64,000 nt of DNA from positions 39,781 through 103,780 of the forward strand of contig JAUYMS010000027.1 of the NCBI GenBank assembly GCA_030698625.1. The letters are read 5' to 3'. The notes beneath the pieces were generated by a model. That model ran no database searches and was not told the DNA's origin. It saw only the letters and a list, made by a program, of their open reading frames with translations. This DNA is from Candidatus Omnitrophota bacterium. Lineage in GTDB: Bacteria > Omnitrophota > Omnitrophia > Omnitrophales > Aquincolibacteriaceae. Position numbers and translations under genes: made by a program. Shown here piece by piece: positions 55,335-64,000 of this stretch (within the stretch, counting starts at the first letter, position 1; every line of letters starts with the position of its first letter).

Positions 55335-56117
55335 TTACCCCGTAAAAGTAAAACTGGCCGACTGCGGAGCAGCGTCATCGACTGTAACATTCATAGTCTG
55401 TGTTCCGTATTTTTCGTGCCAGGCTTCCAGTACATAAGAGCCTGCGGGCAAGTCCTTGATTTCAAAACTACCGTCACTGCCGGTAGTGCTGAAAAAAGGG
55501 TGAGAAACGACACCCACATAAGCATTCATCCAGGGGTGAACGTCACACTTAAACTTTACCATCACCTCGGCGCTATCAAATTTCCTTTTAACACGCATGC
55601 CCGGAATCGGCATTCCAAGATTAAACTCCTTGGAGTTCTTCGGCAGACCGTGAACATTGTGCAGAGTGGGGTCGCTGTTGATAATGTCAACCGGCTGACC
55701 TACCTGCACGCCGAAGACATGAGGCTTATATTGACACCCTTTTTGATCAAGGGTTACCGGAGTGCTGGGCGTATCAAAGGTCTGTCCCTCGAGTCCTTCC
55801 TTCACATAGACAAATACGTTCTGCAGAGCCCCTGCGTCGCCGACAACCACTTCTTCGCTCAAAACGGATTCACTATGTGCACCGGCACAGGTCGGATCGG
55901 CATCCATACTAATGACCGCCGCTTCCGGCGCGGCTCCATCAAATTTAACGGTCCCGGAAACCATCCCCGCATAAGAGGATGCGCTCCACACCGCAAGCAC
56001 AAATAGAGTCGTAAGAGTTACTTTGGCTATCTTCTTCATGGTATCCCTCCCAGGATTTAATAATTTCGAGAAATAGGGCGCTTGTAGCCTGTAACACTTT
56101 GACGATACTACAGGCAA
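55335..56117 (-). CDS. Cupredoxin-like (type-1 copper) protein with a C-terminal beta-sandwich domain
   Basis: Signal peptide. Candidate copper ligands are H in PTLHNVHG and C-x2-H-x2-M in KCDVHPWM (compare amicyanin CTPHPFM), followed by a carboxypeptidase-regulatory-like segment GSYVLEAWHEKYG. Confidence 0.45.
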   Translation of the reverse strand: MPVVSSKCYRLQAPYFSKLLNPGRDTMKKIAKVTLTTLFVLAVWSASSYAGMVSGTVKFDGAAPEAAVISMDADPTCAGAHSESVLSEEVVVGDAGALQNVFVYVKEGLEGQTFDTPSTPVTLDQKGCQYKPHVFGVQVGQPVDIINSDPTLHNVHGLPKNSKEFNLGMPIPGMRVKRKFDSAEVMVKFKCDVHPWMNAYVGVVSHPFFSTTGSDGSFEIKDLPAGSYVLEAWHEKYGTQTMNVTVDDAAPQSASFTFTG

Positions 56118-56213
56118 ATTTATTTAATTCCAGTTAACTTTTTATAAGCGCAGGCTCACGCCACCGTAACTTGTTCTTCAGAAAGAAGTTAGGGGGTTGA
56201 CGTTCTGTAAACT

Positions 56214-59030
56214 TTAGCCGGCTTGCGGCACTTGGGGCTGAGCAGCGCCGTGGGCTTCTTCGGCATTAAAGAGCCATAGATAATCGCGAATCGCTTCAGA
56301 TTGACGAAGTGCGTCACCCCCGAGAATCTCCGGCATGGGCGATTGCCCATCATAGAAGAAGGTCGGCATCATTGTTCCCTCCTGCAGGGCTTGAGGGTCC
56401 ATCAACCACTCGACAACCCAGTCGGGTCGCAGACGGGACTTTGTCATTACCAGATCGGGCGCCAGAAATGATGCTGACAGCCCGGGCTCAGGATTTGACT
56501 TATGGCACTTGATACACTGGAAAGCTTTGAAAAGCTTTTTCCCGGCTTCTATGTTTTCGGCTGTTGGTTTCGGCGTATCGTCCTTATACGAAATCGGTAC
56601 CTCCGAAAGATTTTCAAAATACCGTACGATATGCGTGAGCGACTCTTCGTCAAATTCGAAAGTCGGCATCCGGTAACTCAGCCATGGGCGGATCGTTACC
56701 GGCTTCTCGAGAAAGTCATAAAGCCAGCCGCCGTCAACTTTCTTGCCTTCGCCGGTAAGAAGCGGCGGGGCGTTACCGGCATCGTCAAACACTTTTCGCA
56801 CTTTGCCTTCTTGGCCGTCGAGAGTGTGACATCCCTGGCAATTAAATTTTGCGACTAAATACCGCCCTCGCTCGATCTCCTGCTCCCTGAGGTCAAGCTG
56901 TTTCGACATCTCCAGCGGAATATCCTCCTTCTGCAAACTCAAGAGAAAGGTCGTCAGTCGCTCCGCTTGGTCGTCATTAAAACCGAAATCCGGCATACGA
57001 AGTTTCTCGTGATAAACCTTTTCTTTGCCGCGATCGAAAATCCTCGGCTCCTTAAGCTTCTGATAAAACCAGGCCTGGCGTGTGTGGTCCAGGTGAATGA
57101 GCCCAAAATCAAGTTTGTGGACGTCCTTTGACCCTTCGTCGGTCAACTCAGTGCCGATCGGTTTTGTATCCTCAAAACCGTGGATCGTATGACACCCGAA
57201 ACAACCCTGGTGGACAATGGTCTTTTCGCCTATAAATTCCAAGCGCTCTTGGGCACTCATGGCATTGAGTTTAGCCTGCGCATCATCGTAGCGCAGCCGG
57301 CCCTTGAGAAACATCATTGCCAGTCCATCTACCACTTCAGACTTAACAATCGGCAAACGGATACTCTCGAATTTTTCGTTACGATCTTCCAGAAGATAGG
57401 CCGTGATGTGCGCGGCCTCTTCATTACTCAACCGCATGTTGGGCATGCGGGTTTCGGACGAGTAATGTTTCGGATCTTTGAGCCAGGCATAGAGCCATTC
57501 AGGAGTCACTTTACTCCCCAACCCCGTCAGCTCCGGGCCGAAGTTGTTGGCATCAACTCCGGCTGCCGTGTGGCACCCAAGACAACCTACTTCCTTGACG
57601 AGGGCTTCTCCGGCTTCCGGGTTCCCCTTAGTCGGCAAGCTCCCCAGCGCGATCGGATCGGAATTTTTCATCAGGTATGCTGCGATACCTGCGATGGAGG
57701 CGTCGCTCTTCTCCGCACTTTTCACATCCGATGTGTTTTCCAGGTGAAAAATGCGCGGCATCTTAGTAGAAGCCCTGAATTCTTTCGGATTCATCAGCCA
57801 GCGGATAATCCAGTCCGGCTCAAGCTTACTCTGTACATGCTCCAGACTCGGGCCTACTTTCCACTGCTTCTCAAATCCCTCAATCTTGTGGCAGCCCGCA
57901 CAACCATAAGTACGAGCCAAACGCCTTCCCTCGGCAAGCTTCGGGGCTTGAGGGACATCGACGACTCCGCCGTGGCACTTTGTGCAGGATGCCTCCGTGT
58001 AACTCAAAGGCAACATCTTGCTAATCGCATGCGTCATCTCGCGCCATCCGTAGTCCTTCTTCCACTCTGCGGCCTGCTCATCGGATTGAGGGGTGTGCGC
58101 CGCTGTTGTAAAAGAAACCGACTGTCCGCTCCCTCCGTGACACGTCGTACACCCGAAAGTCTCTGCCGGATGCGGCGAGTTCGCGGAAAGAAACAACTCC
58201 AAACGCGGATGAGTCTGAAAGGGTTTCGGGGCATCCTCAAATCCGGTCTGATCGATACCCAAGTGACAGGTCGTGCATCGATCCACCTTGTTCGATTTCT
58301 TAAAAAAGTAATCGTCATAAAGGTTTTCCAAGACAATCTGCTGGATTTGCAGAGTGGGCTTCATGAAATCAAGCATGGGCGCATTCAAAATGGCCGTTGC
58401 CACGTTCGGGGATAATTTCTTAACTGTGGACTCCAGGCGAGTAATCGATTCGGTCAGCTGCTGTATCTGGCGCGTTAGTTCACGCGCCTTCTGTGTAATC
58501 TCGTTTATGCTCTCCTTTCTGGCGTCGTCCTCTGCCTGCAACCCTTCCAGGTCTCTCTTCAAAGAGTCGATGACCGGGGCGCGTTCTTCCATGCGCTTAG
58601 CAAATTCGGCGGCTTGCTCATCTTCATGATGCAGACGATGCTCCTCGAGGAAATAACGGTCTGAGTCCTGAAACTGCTTTTCATTCTGATACCGCATGGT
58701 CGTCTGAGTAATCTTGATGGCCAGGGCAGCCGTTTCCTTTTCAAGCTCACGAACCTTGCTCTTCTGCTCGTTGGCAGACATGTGCGCTTCTACCAGCTGC
58801 GCTTCAAGCGCCGCTAGCTTTTTCTGGTCCACGGCCTTTCGAGCCTTCTGAAGTTCTCCCTCGGCCTTTTCCCGACTGTAAGTGACGAACTCCTTCTGCC
58901 AGTGCTTCCACTCACGCGTGCTGTCCTCGAGCACCATGGCTACCAGTGAGATCAACAGAACGAGGGAGGAAATGGCAAACCAGACCGTTGTTTTCTTAAG
59001 ATCATAGAGACTAGGGGATTTTCCGGGCAT
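56214..59030 (-). CDS. Membrane-anchored octaheme c-type cytochrome with a ~200-aa coiled-coil linker
   Basis: Eight CxxCH motifs: CTTCH, CTTCH, CTKCH, CAGCH, CLGCH, CFGCH, CQGCH, CIKCH. About five repeated class-I-like units of the form W..L.DP...(x)MP.F. N-terminal TM plus heptad-rich region. Confidence 0.85.
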   Translation of the reverse strand: MPGKSPSLYDLKKTTVWFAISSLVLLISLVAMVLEDSTREWKHWQKEFVTYSREKAEGELQKARKAVDQKKLAALEAQLVEAHMSANEQKSKVRELEKETAALAIKITQTTMRYQNEKQFQDSDRYFLEEHRLHHEDEQAAEFAKRMEERAPVIDSLKRDLEGLQAEDDARKESINEITQKARELTRQIQQLTESITRLESTVKKLSPNVATAILNAPMLDFMKPTLQIQQIVLENLYDDYFFKKSNKVDRCTTCHLGIDQTGFEDAPKPFQTHPRLELFLSANSPHPAETFGCTTCHGGSGQSVSFTTAAHTPQSDEQAAEWKKDYGWREMTHAISKMLPLSYTEASCTKCHGGVVDVPQAPKLAEGRRLARTYGCAGCHKIEGFEKQWKVGPSLEHVQSKLEPDWIIRWLMNPKEFRASTKMPRIFHLENTSDVKSAEKSDASIAGIAAYLMKNSDPIALGSLPTKGNPEAGEALVKEVGCLGCHTAAGVDANNFGPELTGLGSKVTPEWLYAWLKDPKHYSSETRMPNMRLSNEEAAHITAYLLEDRNEKFESIRLPIVKSEVVDGLAMMFLKGRLRYDDAQAKLNAMSAQERLEFIGEKTIVHQGCFGCHTIHGFEDTKPIGTELTDEGSKDVHKLDFGLIHLDHTRQAWFYQKLKEPRIFDRGKEKVYHEKLRMPDFGFNDDQAERLTTFLLSLQKEDIPLEMSKQLDLREQEIERGRYLVAKFNCQGCHTLDGQEGKVRKVFDDAGNAPPLLTGEGKKVDGGWLYDFLEKPVTIRPWLSYRMPTFEFDEESLTHIVRYFENLSEVPISYKDDTPKPTAENIEAGKKLFKAFQCIKCHKSNPEPGLSASFLAPDLVMTKSRLRPDWVVEWLMDPQALQEGTMMPTFFYDGQSPMPEILGGDALRQSEAIRDYLWLFNAEEAHGAAQPQVPQAG

Positions 59031-59038
59031 AGTTTGAG

Positions 59039-60121
59039 CTAGATGTTAAAGAAAAATTCCGGGATGGCCACGATGTACTTGAGATTGAATCCCCAACGCA
59101 AAAACATCTTGATTGGCAACGCCAACATCATCAGCATCAGAATGATAAAGACTCCATAGCGTTCCGGCCCAACCTTTTCGTAAATTTTCTTGCACACAGT
59201 CTTCGCCATAAGGACCGGGGGCACCGCGAAATAAAAAAGGACAATGAGAATCCCCGGGGCCTCTCGCAGAAACCAGTTCGATGGGAGCCCCTGACTGAGC
59301 CACTTGATGAATATGATTTCAGACAGGTTGATGTTTACAAGCGGCACGACCTTATGAACATCCCATACTTCGAAAGGCCCAAAGAAATTCCAGTTCGGGC
59401 CTCTGAGGAATGTCCCGACAATGATCAGGAGAATCCAGAGAATCCAGAAGCCGAACATGAAGAACATGATCGGCATCTTGCGCGCGGCGTAGGAATAGAA
59501 GCCCGAGGTCTTGGTATCGCGATCGATATACGGAAGGGCGCATAGCCCCAGAATAATGAAGGTGGGCAGGAGCACGCCGGCAATCCACGGATCAAAGTAG
59601 ACAAGCATTTCCTGAAGGCCCAGAAAGTACCAGGGGGCTTTGGAAGGATTCGGTGAAATCGTGGGATTAGCCGGCTCTTCGAGCGGGGCCTTTAAGAAAA
59701 TCGACCACAGGACCAGGCCGATCGAGCAGAAAAGCGCCACCACGAACTCGATATAAATGAGATAGGGAAAAACCATGACCTTTTCATCGGCTTCGGTCTT
59801 TTCCCACGGCGGCTCGCCTTTGGCAATTCTCTCATCATTGTCGACGGCTTTTTTCATCGCAAACCACGTGAAGTAGCCGAAGATAAACAGCATAGCAACG
59901 ATCGGCACGTTGTCCGGCTTAGTCACAATTCCCCGAAAATGTTCGTCGGTAAGGCCAAAAGCAAAAAAAGCGAGAAACAAAACGGCGAAAACCGCAGACA
60001 CCCACCTCGTAGTGCACTGCTTGGGGAAGGTCATAAAAACGGCAAAAACGAGGATGGAACCCACAAAGATGCTCACCGGCGATGCAAAGGCGTCAATTGC
60101 CGCCTTGATTGCCTCACCCAT
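59039..60121 (-). CDS. Cytochrome b C-terminal half / subunit-IV-like protein with extra TM helices
   Basis: PNPSKAPWYFLGLQEMLVYF matches the PetD/cyt-b C-terminal PEWY region. 360 aa with additional N- and C-terminal helices. Confidence 0.7.
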   Translation of the reverse strand: MGEAIKAAIDAFASPVSIFVGSILVFAVFMTFPKQCTTRWVSAVFAVLFLAFFAFGLTDEHFRGIVTKPDNVPIVAMLFIFGYFTWFAMKKAVDNDERIAKGEPPWEKTEADEKVMVFPYLIYIEFVVALFCSIGLVLWSIFLKAPLEEPANPTISPNPSKAPWYFLGLQEMLVYFDPWIAGVLLPTFIILGLCALPYIDRDTKTSGFYSYAARKMPIMFFMFGFWILWILLIIVGTFLRGPNWNFFGPFEVWDVHKVVPLVNINLSEIIFIKWLSQGLPSNWFLREAPGILIVLFYFAVPPVLMAKTVCKKIYEKVGPERYGVFIILMLMMLALPIKMFLRWGFNLKYIVAIPEFFFNI

Positions 60122-60142
60122 TACGATAATTCCCCGGATCTC

Positions 60143-60994
60143 TTACAACGGAGCACTGATTCCCCCGTCTTTTCGAATGCGCCAAAAATGAACAGCCATT
60201 AAGATCACTGCTGCCACGGGAATGGCAACACAGTGCAAAATATAAAACCTCAGAAGCGCGGCTTCCCCCACAAAACGACCGCCGAGAAGAGCAAAACGGA
60301 CATCACTACCGGAATGAATTAATTGGATATCACCCAGGGCCAAAAGCGCAGCACCCGGCCCCTCGTGCCCCAGAAAAGGTGTGGCGCGCGCCATGTTGGT
60401 ACCGACGGTAATGGCCCAAATCGCCAATTGGTCCCACGGAAGCAAATATCCCGTAAAACTCAAGAGCAAGGTCAAGACCAGCAGAATGACACCGATCACC
60501 CAGTTGAATTCCCTGGGCGGCTTGTAGGAGCCGGTCATGAAAACGCGAAACATATGTAACCATACCGTGATTATCATGGCGTGGGCCCCCCAGCGGTGGA
60601 GTTCCCGCATGATTCCGAACGGCACATGCTCTCTTAACGCAATGATGTCGTTATACGCGTATTCAACCGTCGGCCGGTAATAGAACATCAACATAATGCC
60701 GCTGACGACCAAGGTCAGGAAAATAAAGAACGTCAGCCCGCCCGCACACCACGTAAATCCGAACCGGGCCCCTGATTTGCGAACTCTTACGGGATGGAGG
60801 TGGAAAAAGACATTCGTCAAAACCGTCATAGCCCGGTCTTTTTCATCATCGGAATACCCATGACGAAACATGGATTTTCCTACCTGAGTCTTTAAACGAA
60901 AATCCTTCCAGCTGAATTTCGGGAGTTTGATCCGCGAAAGAAAATTCAGCGATGATTTCTTTTTCGGTTCTTCTTTGTCCTGATTCTCACCCAT
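60143..60994 (-). CDS. Cytochrome b (b6-type N-terminal half, heme-binding four-helix core)
   Basis: [26 protein letters not shown]...[17 protein letters not shown] carries the conserved cyt b/b6 His ligands; 283 aa. Confidence 0.8.
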   Translation of the reverse strand: MGENQDKEEPKKKSSLNFLSRIKLPKFSWKDFRLKTQVGKSMFRHGYSDDEKDRAMTVLTNVFFHLHPVRVRKSGARFGFTWCAGGLTFFIFLTLVVSGIMLMFYYRPTVEYAYNDIIALREHVPFGIMRELHRWGAHAMIITVWLHMFRVFMTGSYKPPREFNWVIGVILLVLTLLLSFTGYLLPWDQLAIWAITVGTNMARATPFLGHEGPGAALLALGDIQLIHSGSDVRFALLGGRFVGEAALLRFYILHCVAIPVAAVILMAVHFWRIRKDGGISAPL

Positions 60995-61016
60995 GCTCTA
61001 AAAACTCCCTTACGGA

Positions 61017-61574
61017 TTACAGATACAAGAAACTATCGGGTTGATTCCATTCGCCCTTCTCTTGCTGAAACTTCCTACTCTTATCGACAATGATATTGCC
61101 GTCCTCGCCGAGACGAATCGCATAACGCTCAAGCGGACGCGGGGCAGGACCTTCAAAATTAATCCCGCTTGCGTAAAAGCCGCTGCCATGACAAGGGCAC
61201 TTGAATTTCTGCTCGCTCTCCATCCAGCTCGGAGTACATCCGAGGTGCGTACAAACCGTTGAAAGCGCATACATGCCCTCGGGTTCTCGCACTAGCCAAA
61301 CTGCGTATTTTTCCTTCCAGCGCAAATCGACTTTTCCGATGTCATAATCGTCGGGCTTGCCCGCGTTAAAAATGGGGTTTGGTTCGAAAAGGACATTGGG
61401 GAACATGAATCTCAGGCAGGTCGAAAGGGCCGCAAGCGTCGCCGCGGCAAAACCTGTCCAAGCAAACCCTAACCAGGTAAAAAGAAAATGACGGCGGGCT
61501 ACAGAGACCGGGGGCTGGGTCTTTGGCGCAGACGCGGGCGGCGAACTTGGCGGCTTAGGTTGCTCTTCACTCAT
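61017..61574 (-). CDS. Rieske [2Fe-2S] protein (Tat-exported)
   Basis: Twin-arginine RRHFL, then CTHLGC and CPCHGS boxes. Confidence 0.85.
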   Translation of the reverse strand: MSEEQPKPPSSPPASAPKTQPPVSVARRHFLFTWLGFAWTGFAAATLAALSTCLRFMFPNVLFEPNPIFNAGKPDDYDIGKVDLRWKEKYAVWLVREPEGMYALSTVCTHLGCTPSWMESEQKFKCPCHGSGFYASGINFEGPAPRPLERYAIRLGEDGNIIVDKSRKFQQEKGEWNQPDSFLYL

Positions 61575-61579
61575 TAAAT

Positions 61580-62446
61580 CTATTCCGTTTCTGCTGATGC
61601 CAGTGCTTCAAGTGCTACTTTACGTACCTTAAGGCTTATGTCTTCTGCTGCTATCTTCTTCAAGATCGGCAGAGACTCTTTATGGTTGAGCAACGCCAAT
61701 CCCTTCACGGCATTGATCATGATCTGCTCAATTTTGCCCTCCTCGAGCCCTTCGTAATGCGCCAGAGTTTCACGATCCAACATCTTAACCATGACATCAT
61801 AGCCGGCGTCATTACCCAGTCTCGCGAGACTGAGCGCCGCATTCCACCGAATGTCACGAGCCTCGTGATTTAAAAGCCGGCTTAACGGCTGCACACCCCG
61901 TGAGTCTCCCAAAACACCTAGGACGTATATCGCCATATTCCGAATATCTTCTTCATCCCGATCCAGATACGGCAGTATGTCCGGAACAGCTTCCCTCACC
62001 TGCTTCTGGCCCAATGCCCAAAGCGAGTAAAGCTCCACTTCAGCCTCGGTTTCAACTCTAAGCGTCGCGCGAAGCGCTTCGGTTGCCTCCGGCTCATCAA
62101 AACGAGTTAGGGCAACCGCCATATAAGAACGCGTCTTGGCGTCATACTCCTCGTGACCATTCAAAATATGAATGATCTCGTTCATCACGCCGGACGAACG
62201 AATCAGGCCACGGCCTTGGTTGAGCTCATTTGAGAGCTCAAAAGCCTTTTGCCAACGCTTACTCGGCGCCCCCGTCTTTATCGCCGTAATAAGTGACTCG
62301 GGGGTCTCTGCTTCACGCGTAAGTAACACGACGGTACACAACAATACCGCCATCCCCACTGCGATCATCAGGGGAAAAATAAAGAGCCCAAAAAATAATT
62401 TCCTGCCGGAACTGCTTATGGGTTCGGAATTTATCACGTTTTCCAT
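61580..62446 (-). CDS. Membrane-anchored HEAT-repeat protein
   Basis: N-terminal TM, then PBS-lyase/HEAT-like repeats (LGDSRGVQPLSRLLNHEARDIRWNAALSLARLG). Confidence 0.5.
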   Translation of the reverse strand: MENVINSEPISSSGRKLFFGLFIFPLMIAVGMAVLLCTVVLLTREAETPESLITAIKTGAPSKRWQKAFELSNELNQGRGLIRSSGVMNEIIHILNGHEEYDAKTRSYMAVALTRFDEPEATEALRATLRVETEAEVELYSLWALGQKQVREAVPDILPYLDRDEEDIRNMAIYVLGVLGDSRGVQPLSRLLNHEARDIRWNAALSLARLGNDAGYDVMVKMLDRETLAHYEGLEEGKIEQIMINAVKGLALLNHKESLPILKKIAAEDISLKVRKVALEALASAETE

Positions 62447-62459
62447 GGCTTATCAATCG

Positions 62460-63992
62460 TCAATTGGCCGACCGTCTCCGAAACGCGTAAACCATCCATC
62501 CTAAGAGCGCTAGATCGACGGCAACTCCGCTCAAGACATACGTAAGACCGCCGCCGCCAAAACCATAACTATGAAGCCCGGCCCCCAAAACAAAGTTGAC
62601 CCCGTACCAAGCCATTAATATACCCAAAAAGGCAACGACCGACCCGACAGCAACACCGAAAGAGCTCAACCACCCGGCCATGCGGCCGTGCAGCACGGCC
62701 AGATACCCGAGTAATGCGATCAGCGCCCAGGTTTCTTTGGGGTCCCACCCCCAGAAACGGCCCCACGAATAATTTGCCCACACGCCACCGAGCACCGTGC
62801 CGCATGCAAGCAGAATAACCCCAATCTGCAAACTGCGGTAAAGATACTGAAAGAGCCGCTGCCTTGTCTGCGCGTTATCCGGACCAAACGCATACTGATA
62901 AACAATACCGTGCCCCAACCCCCATGCCAGCATAAAGGCCCCGTAACTGAGTGTGATGGTCAGGACGTGTACGGTCAACCACAGATTACTGCGAAGTACC
63001 GGCACAAGCGGCGACATAGCGGGGTTCAAGGCTACCGGAAACTTCTCTGCGAGTACTAATGCGAGCGCGGCAACAATCGCGGCCGTTAATCGAATATAGG
63101 GCGCCCGATAGACGGCAAACAAGATGACGGAGAAGAGGACGACGCCCCACGAAACCCATATCATGGATTCGTACATGTTGGTCACGGGAGGACGACCCGA
63201 AATCACAACCCGCAGATAAAAACCGTAGGCATGCGCGACAAACCCCGCGATGAAACACAGGAAGCCCAGGGCGCTGATCGCACGCTGCAATTTGCCCGGC
63301 TCGCCGCCGATAAGTAGAAGCGTCCACGCTATGAGAACACTAACCAGATATAGTTTCCAAGCCCAGTGAAAGGGTTGAAAGCGATTATACAGGATTTCCG
63401 TGCTGTTCACTTTCTCATCCAACATAACCGACGCCGATGAGAACAGAGAGCGCAGGACTTCACGCAAGCGCACCGTGAGTTCCAGCGGCGGCCCCTGCCC
63501 AGAATTTTCTTTAAAACTGTCCAGGATATCGCGAACCGTGATTTGATATTCCGTTAAGAGCTGCCCGGAATAATGGCTGGCCAGGTCACCGCGCCCCTGC
63601 TCCACGGCGAAAGCGGTGAGGGGAAACCAGCCCTTGCGGGGATCATCGGGCTGCGCGATCCAACCAGGTAGGGCTCCGTGGCCGATGCCGCGAAAGAAAG
63701 CAGCCTTCTCATAAAGCGCAACTCTCTTTTTTTCGACCTCCGAAAGTTCTTCTTTGAGTTCCTGTCGGTTAAAACTCTCCTGCACTTGATCGAGAAAGGG
63801 TTGGTGGCTGAGCAGGATTTCGGGGGTAATACGATTGCGGACCATCATGAGGGAAAACTCTTCCCGCAACCCTTTATGCGTGACGGGAATCATGGCCCGG
63901 CGGAACCATTTTTCGGGATCTGCCATCCATTGCCAAACTAGACTCGTCGGCGACTGCCCGTCATAAACGTGTTTACCCGTAACATACAGCAC
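62460..63992 (-). CDS. ccsA: Cytochrome c biogenesis heme lyase CcsA/ResC-type (possibly a CcsBA fusion continuing past the window end)
   Basis: WWD motif WGRFWGWDPKETWAL and conserved His residues in the C-terminal TM bundle. About 215 aa precede the first CcsA helix, and the listed Met at 63992 is 8 nt from the window edge. Confidence 0.7.
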   Translation of the reverse strand: MLYVTGKHVYDGQSPTSLVWQWMADPEKWFRRAMIPVTHKGLREEFSLMMVRNRITPEILLSHQPFLDQVQESFNRQELKEELSEVEKKRVALYEKAAFFRGIGHGALPGWIAQPDDPRKGWFPLTAFAVEQGRGDLASHYSGQLLTEYQITVRDILDSFKENSGQGPPLELTVRLREVLRSLFSSASVMLDEKVNSTEILYNRFQPFHWAWKLYLVSVLIAWTLLLIGGEPGKLQRAISALGFLCFIAGFVAHAYGFYLRVVISGRPPVTNMYESMIWVSWGVVLFSVILFAVYRAPYIRLTAAIVAALALVLAEKFPVALNPAMSPLVPVLRSNLWLTVHVLTITLSYGAFMLAWGLGHGIVYQYAFGPDNAQTRQRLFQYLYRSLQIGVILLACGTVLGGVWANYSWGRFWGWDPKETWALIALLGYLAVLHGRMAGWLSSFGVAVGSVVAFLGILMAWYGVNFVLGAGLHSYGFGGGGLTYVLSGVAVDLALLGWMVYAFRRRSAN

Positions 63993-64000
63993 CGCCTCGC

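Noticed and set aside
55308-56006. 232-aa plus-strand ORF
   Set aside because: It is antisense to the cupredoxin-like gene. It has no signal peptide or motifs, and the opposite strand carries the coherent signal peptide and ligand motifs.
56087-56115. Hairpin GCCTGTA-N15-TACAGGC followed by an AT-rich tract between the cupredoxin and cytochrome genes
   Set aside because: The flanking genes are both on the minus strand, and on that strand the hairpin is not followed by a U-tract. The loop is long at 15 nt. It is not a convincing intrinsic terminator.
57180-58415. 411-aa plus-strand ORF
   Set aside because: It is antisense to the octaheme cytochrome gene, which has eight in-frame CxxCH motifs and is clearly the real gene. 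The antisense product is Arg- and Leu-rich low-complexity sequence.
1-64000. Scan for tRNA/rRNA genes, CRISPR arrays, transposases/integrases and long direct or inverted repeats
   Set aside because: No TPsiC-like GTTCGAATCC-type motifs turned up in the intergenic regions. There are no repeat-spacer periodicities, no transposase- or integrase-like ORFs, and no obvious long repeats. By-eye scanning cannot exclude short or degenerate elements, so tRNAscan-SE, Infernal or MinCED would be decisive.

Overview
The window is a 64-kb chromosomal segment from a Gram-negative bacterium, with GC around 55% and no rRNA, tRNA, CRISPR or mobile elements detected by eye. About 70 genes are called, most of them on the minus strand in long co-directional blocks. 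Gene content is reminiscent of Deltaproteobacteria/Nitrospira/Nitrospina-type lineages, but the lineage cannot be assigned from sequence alone. The main blocks are:
- **Housekeeping core (9.0-20.1 kb, minus):** yraN, rnhB, rplS, trmD, rpsP, murA, prmC, prfA, rpmE, rho, coaE, polA, followed by pilT.
- **Minimal Rnf/Nqr-like membrane module (21.5-23.5 kb, minus):** D-like, 45-aa peptide, E-like and A-like genes joined by ATGA/GTGA stop-start overlaps. No B, C or G subunit is adjacent.
- **Candidate new system (23.7-30.9 kb, plus):** a tightly coupled seven-gene operon, divergently transcribed from the Rnf-like module, with no characterised counterpart that I recognise. It encodes a PilZ-domain::FeeM/OlsB-like N-acyltransferase fusion, a two-half-domain nitroreductase-family flavoprotein, a ThiF-type E1-like enzyme, a LolA-like periplasmic protein, an FtsX/MacB-type permease, an ABC ATPase and an outer-membrane beta-barrel.
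- **Long minus-strand block (30.8-45.4 kb):**
  - mnmA, a LarE-like PP-loop ATPase and an orphan RnfC paralog.
  - A biotin operon (bioB, fabG-like, KAS, bioF, bioA, bioD) with an embedded GGDEF cyclase.
  - A sulfate-assimilation/sulfur-carrier set: cysC, cysH, cysK, thrC, a ThiS-like protein and an NIL-domain protein.
- **Second sulfur-carrier set (1.1-3.7 kb, minus):** CysM-like, JAMM protease and methyltransferase genes near the window start.
- **Heme O/A biosynthesis (47.5-52.6 kb, minus):** ctaB and ctaA with an ABC-2 exporter and a DUF420 protein.
- **amtB-glnK pair (52.7-54.4 kb, plus).**
- **Unusual Rieske/split-cytochrome-b complex (55.3-64.0 kb, minus):** a 938-aa membrane-anchored octaheme cytochrome c, a cupredoxin-like protein and a CcsA-type heme lyase.

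Several c-di-GMP-related parts are present across the window: a standalone MshEN-domain protein, the PilZ fusion and the GGDEF cyclase.
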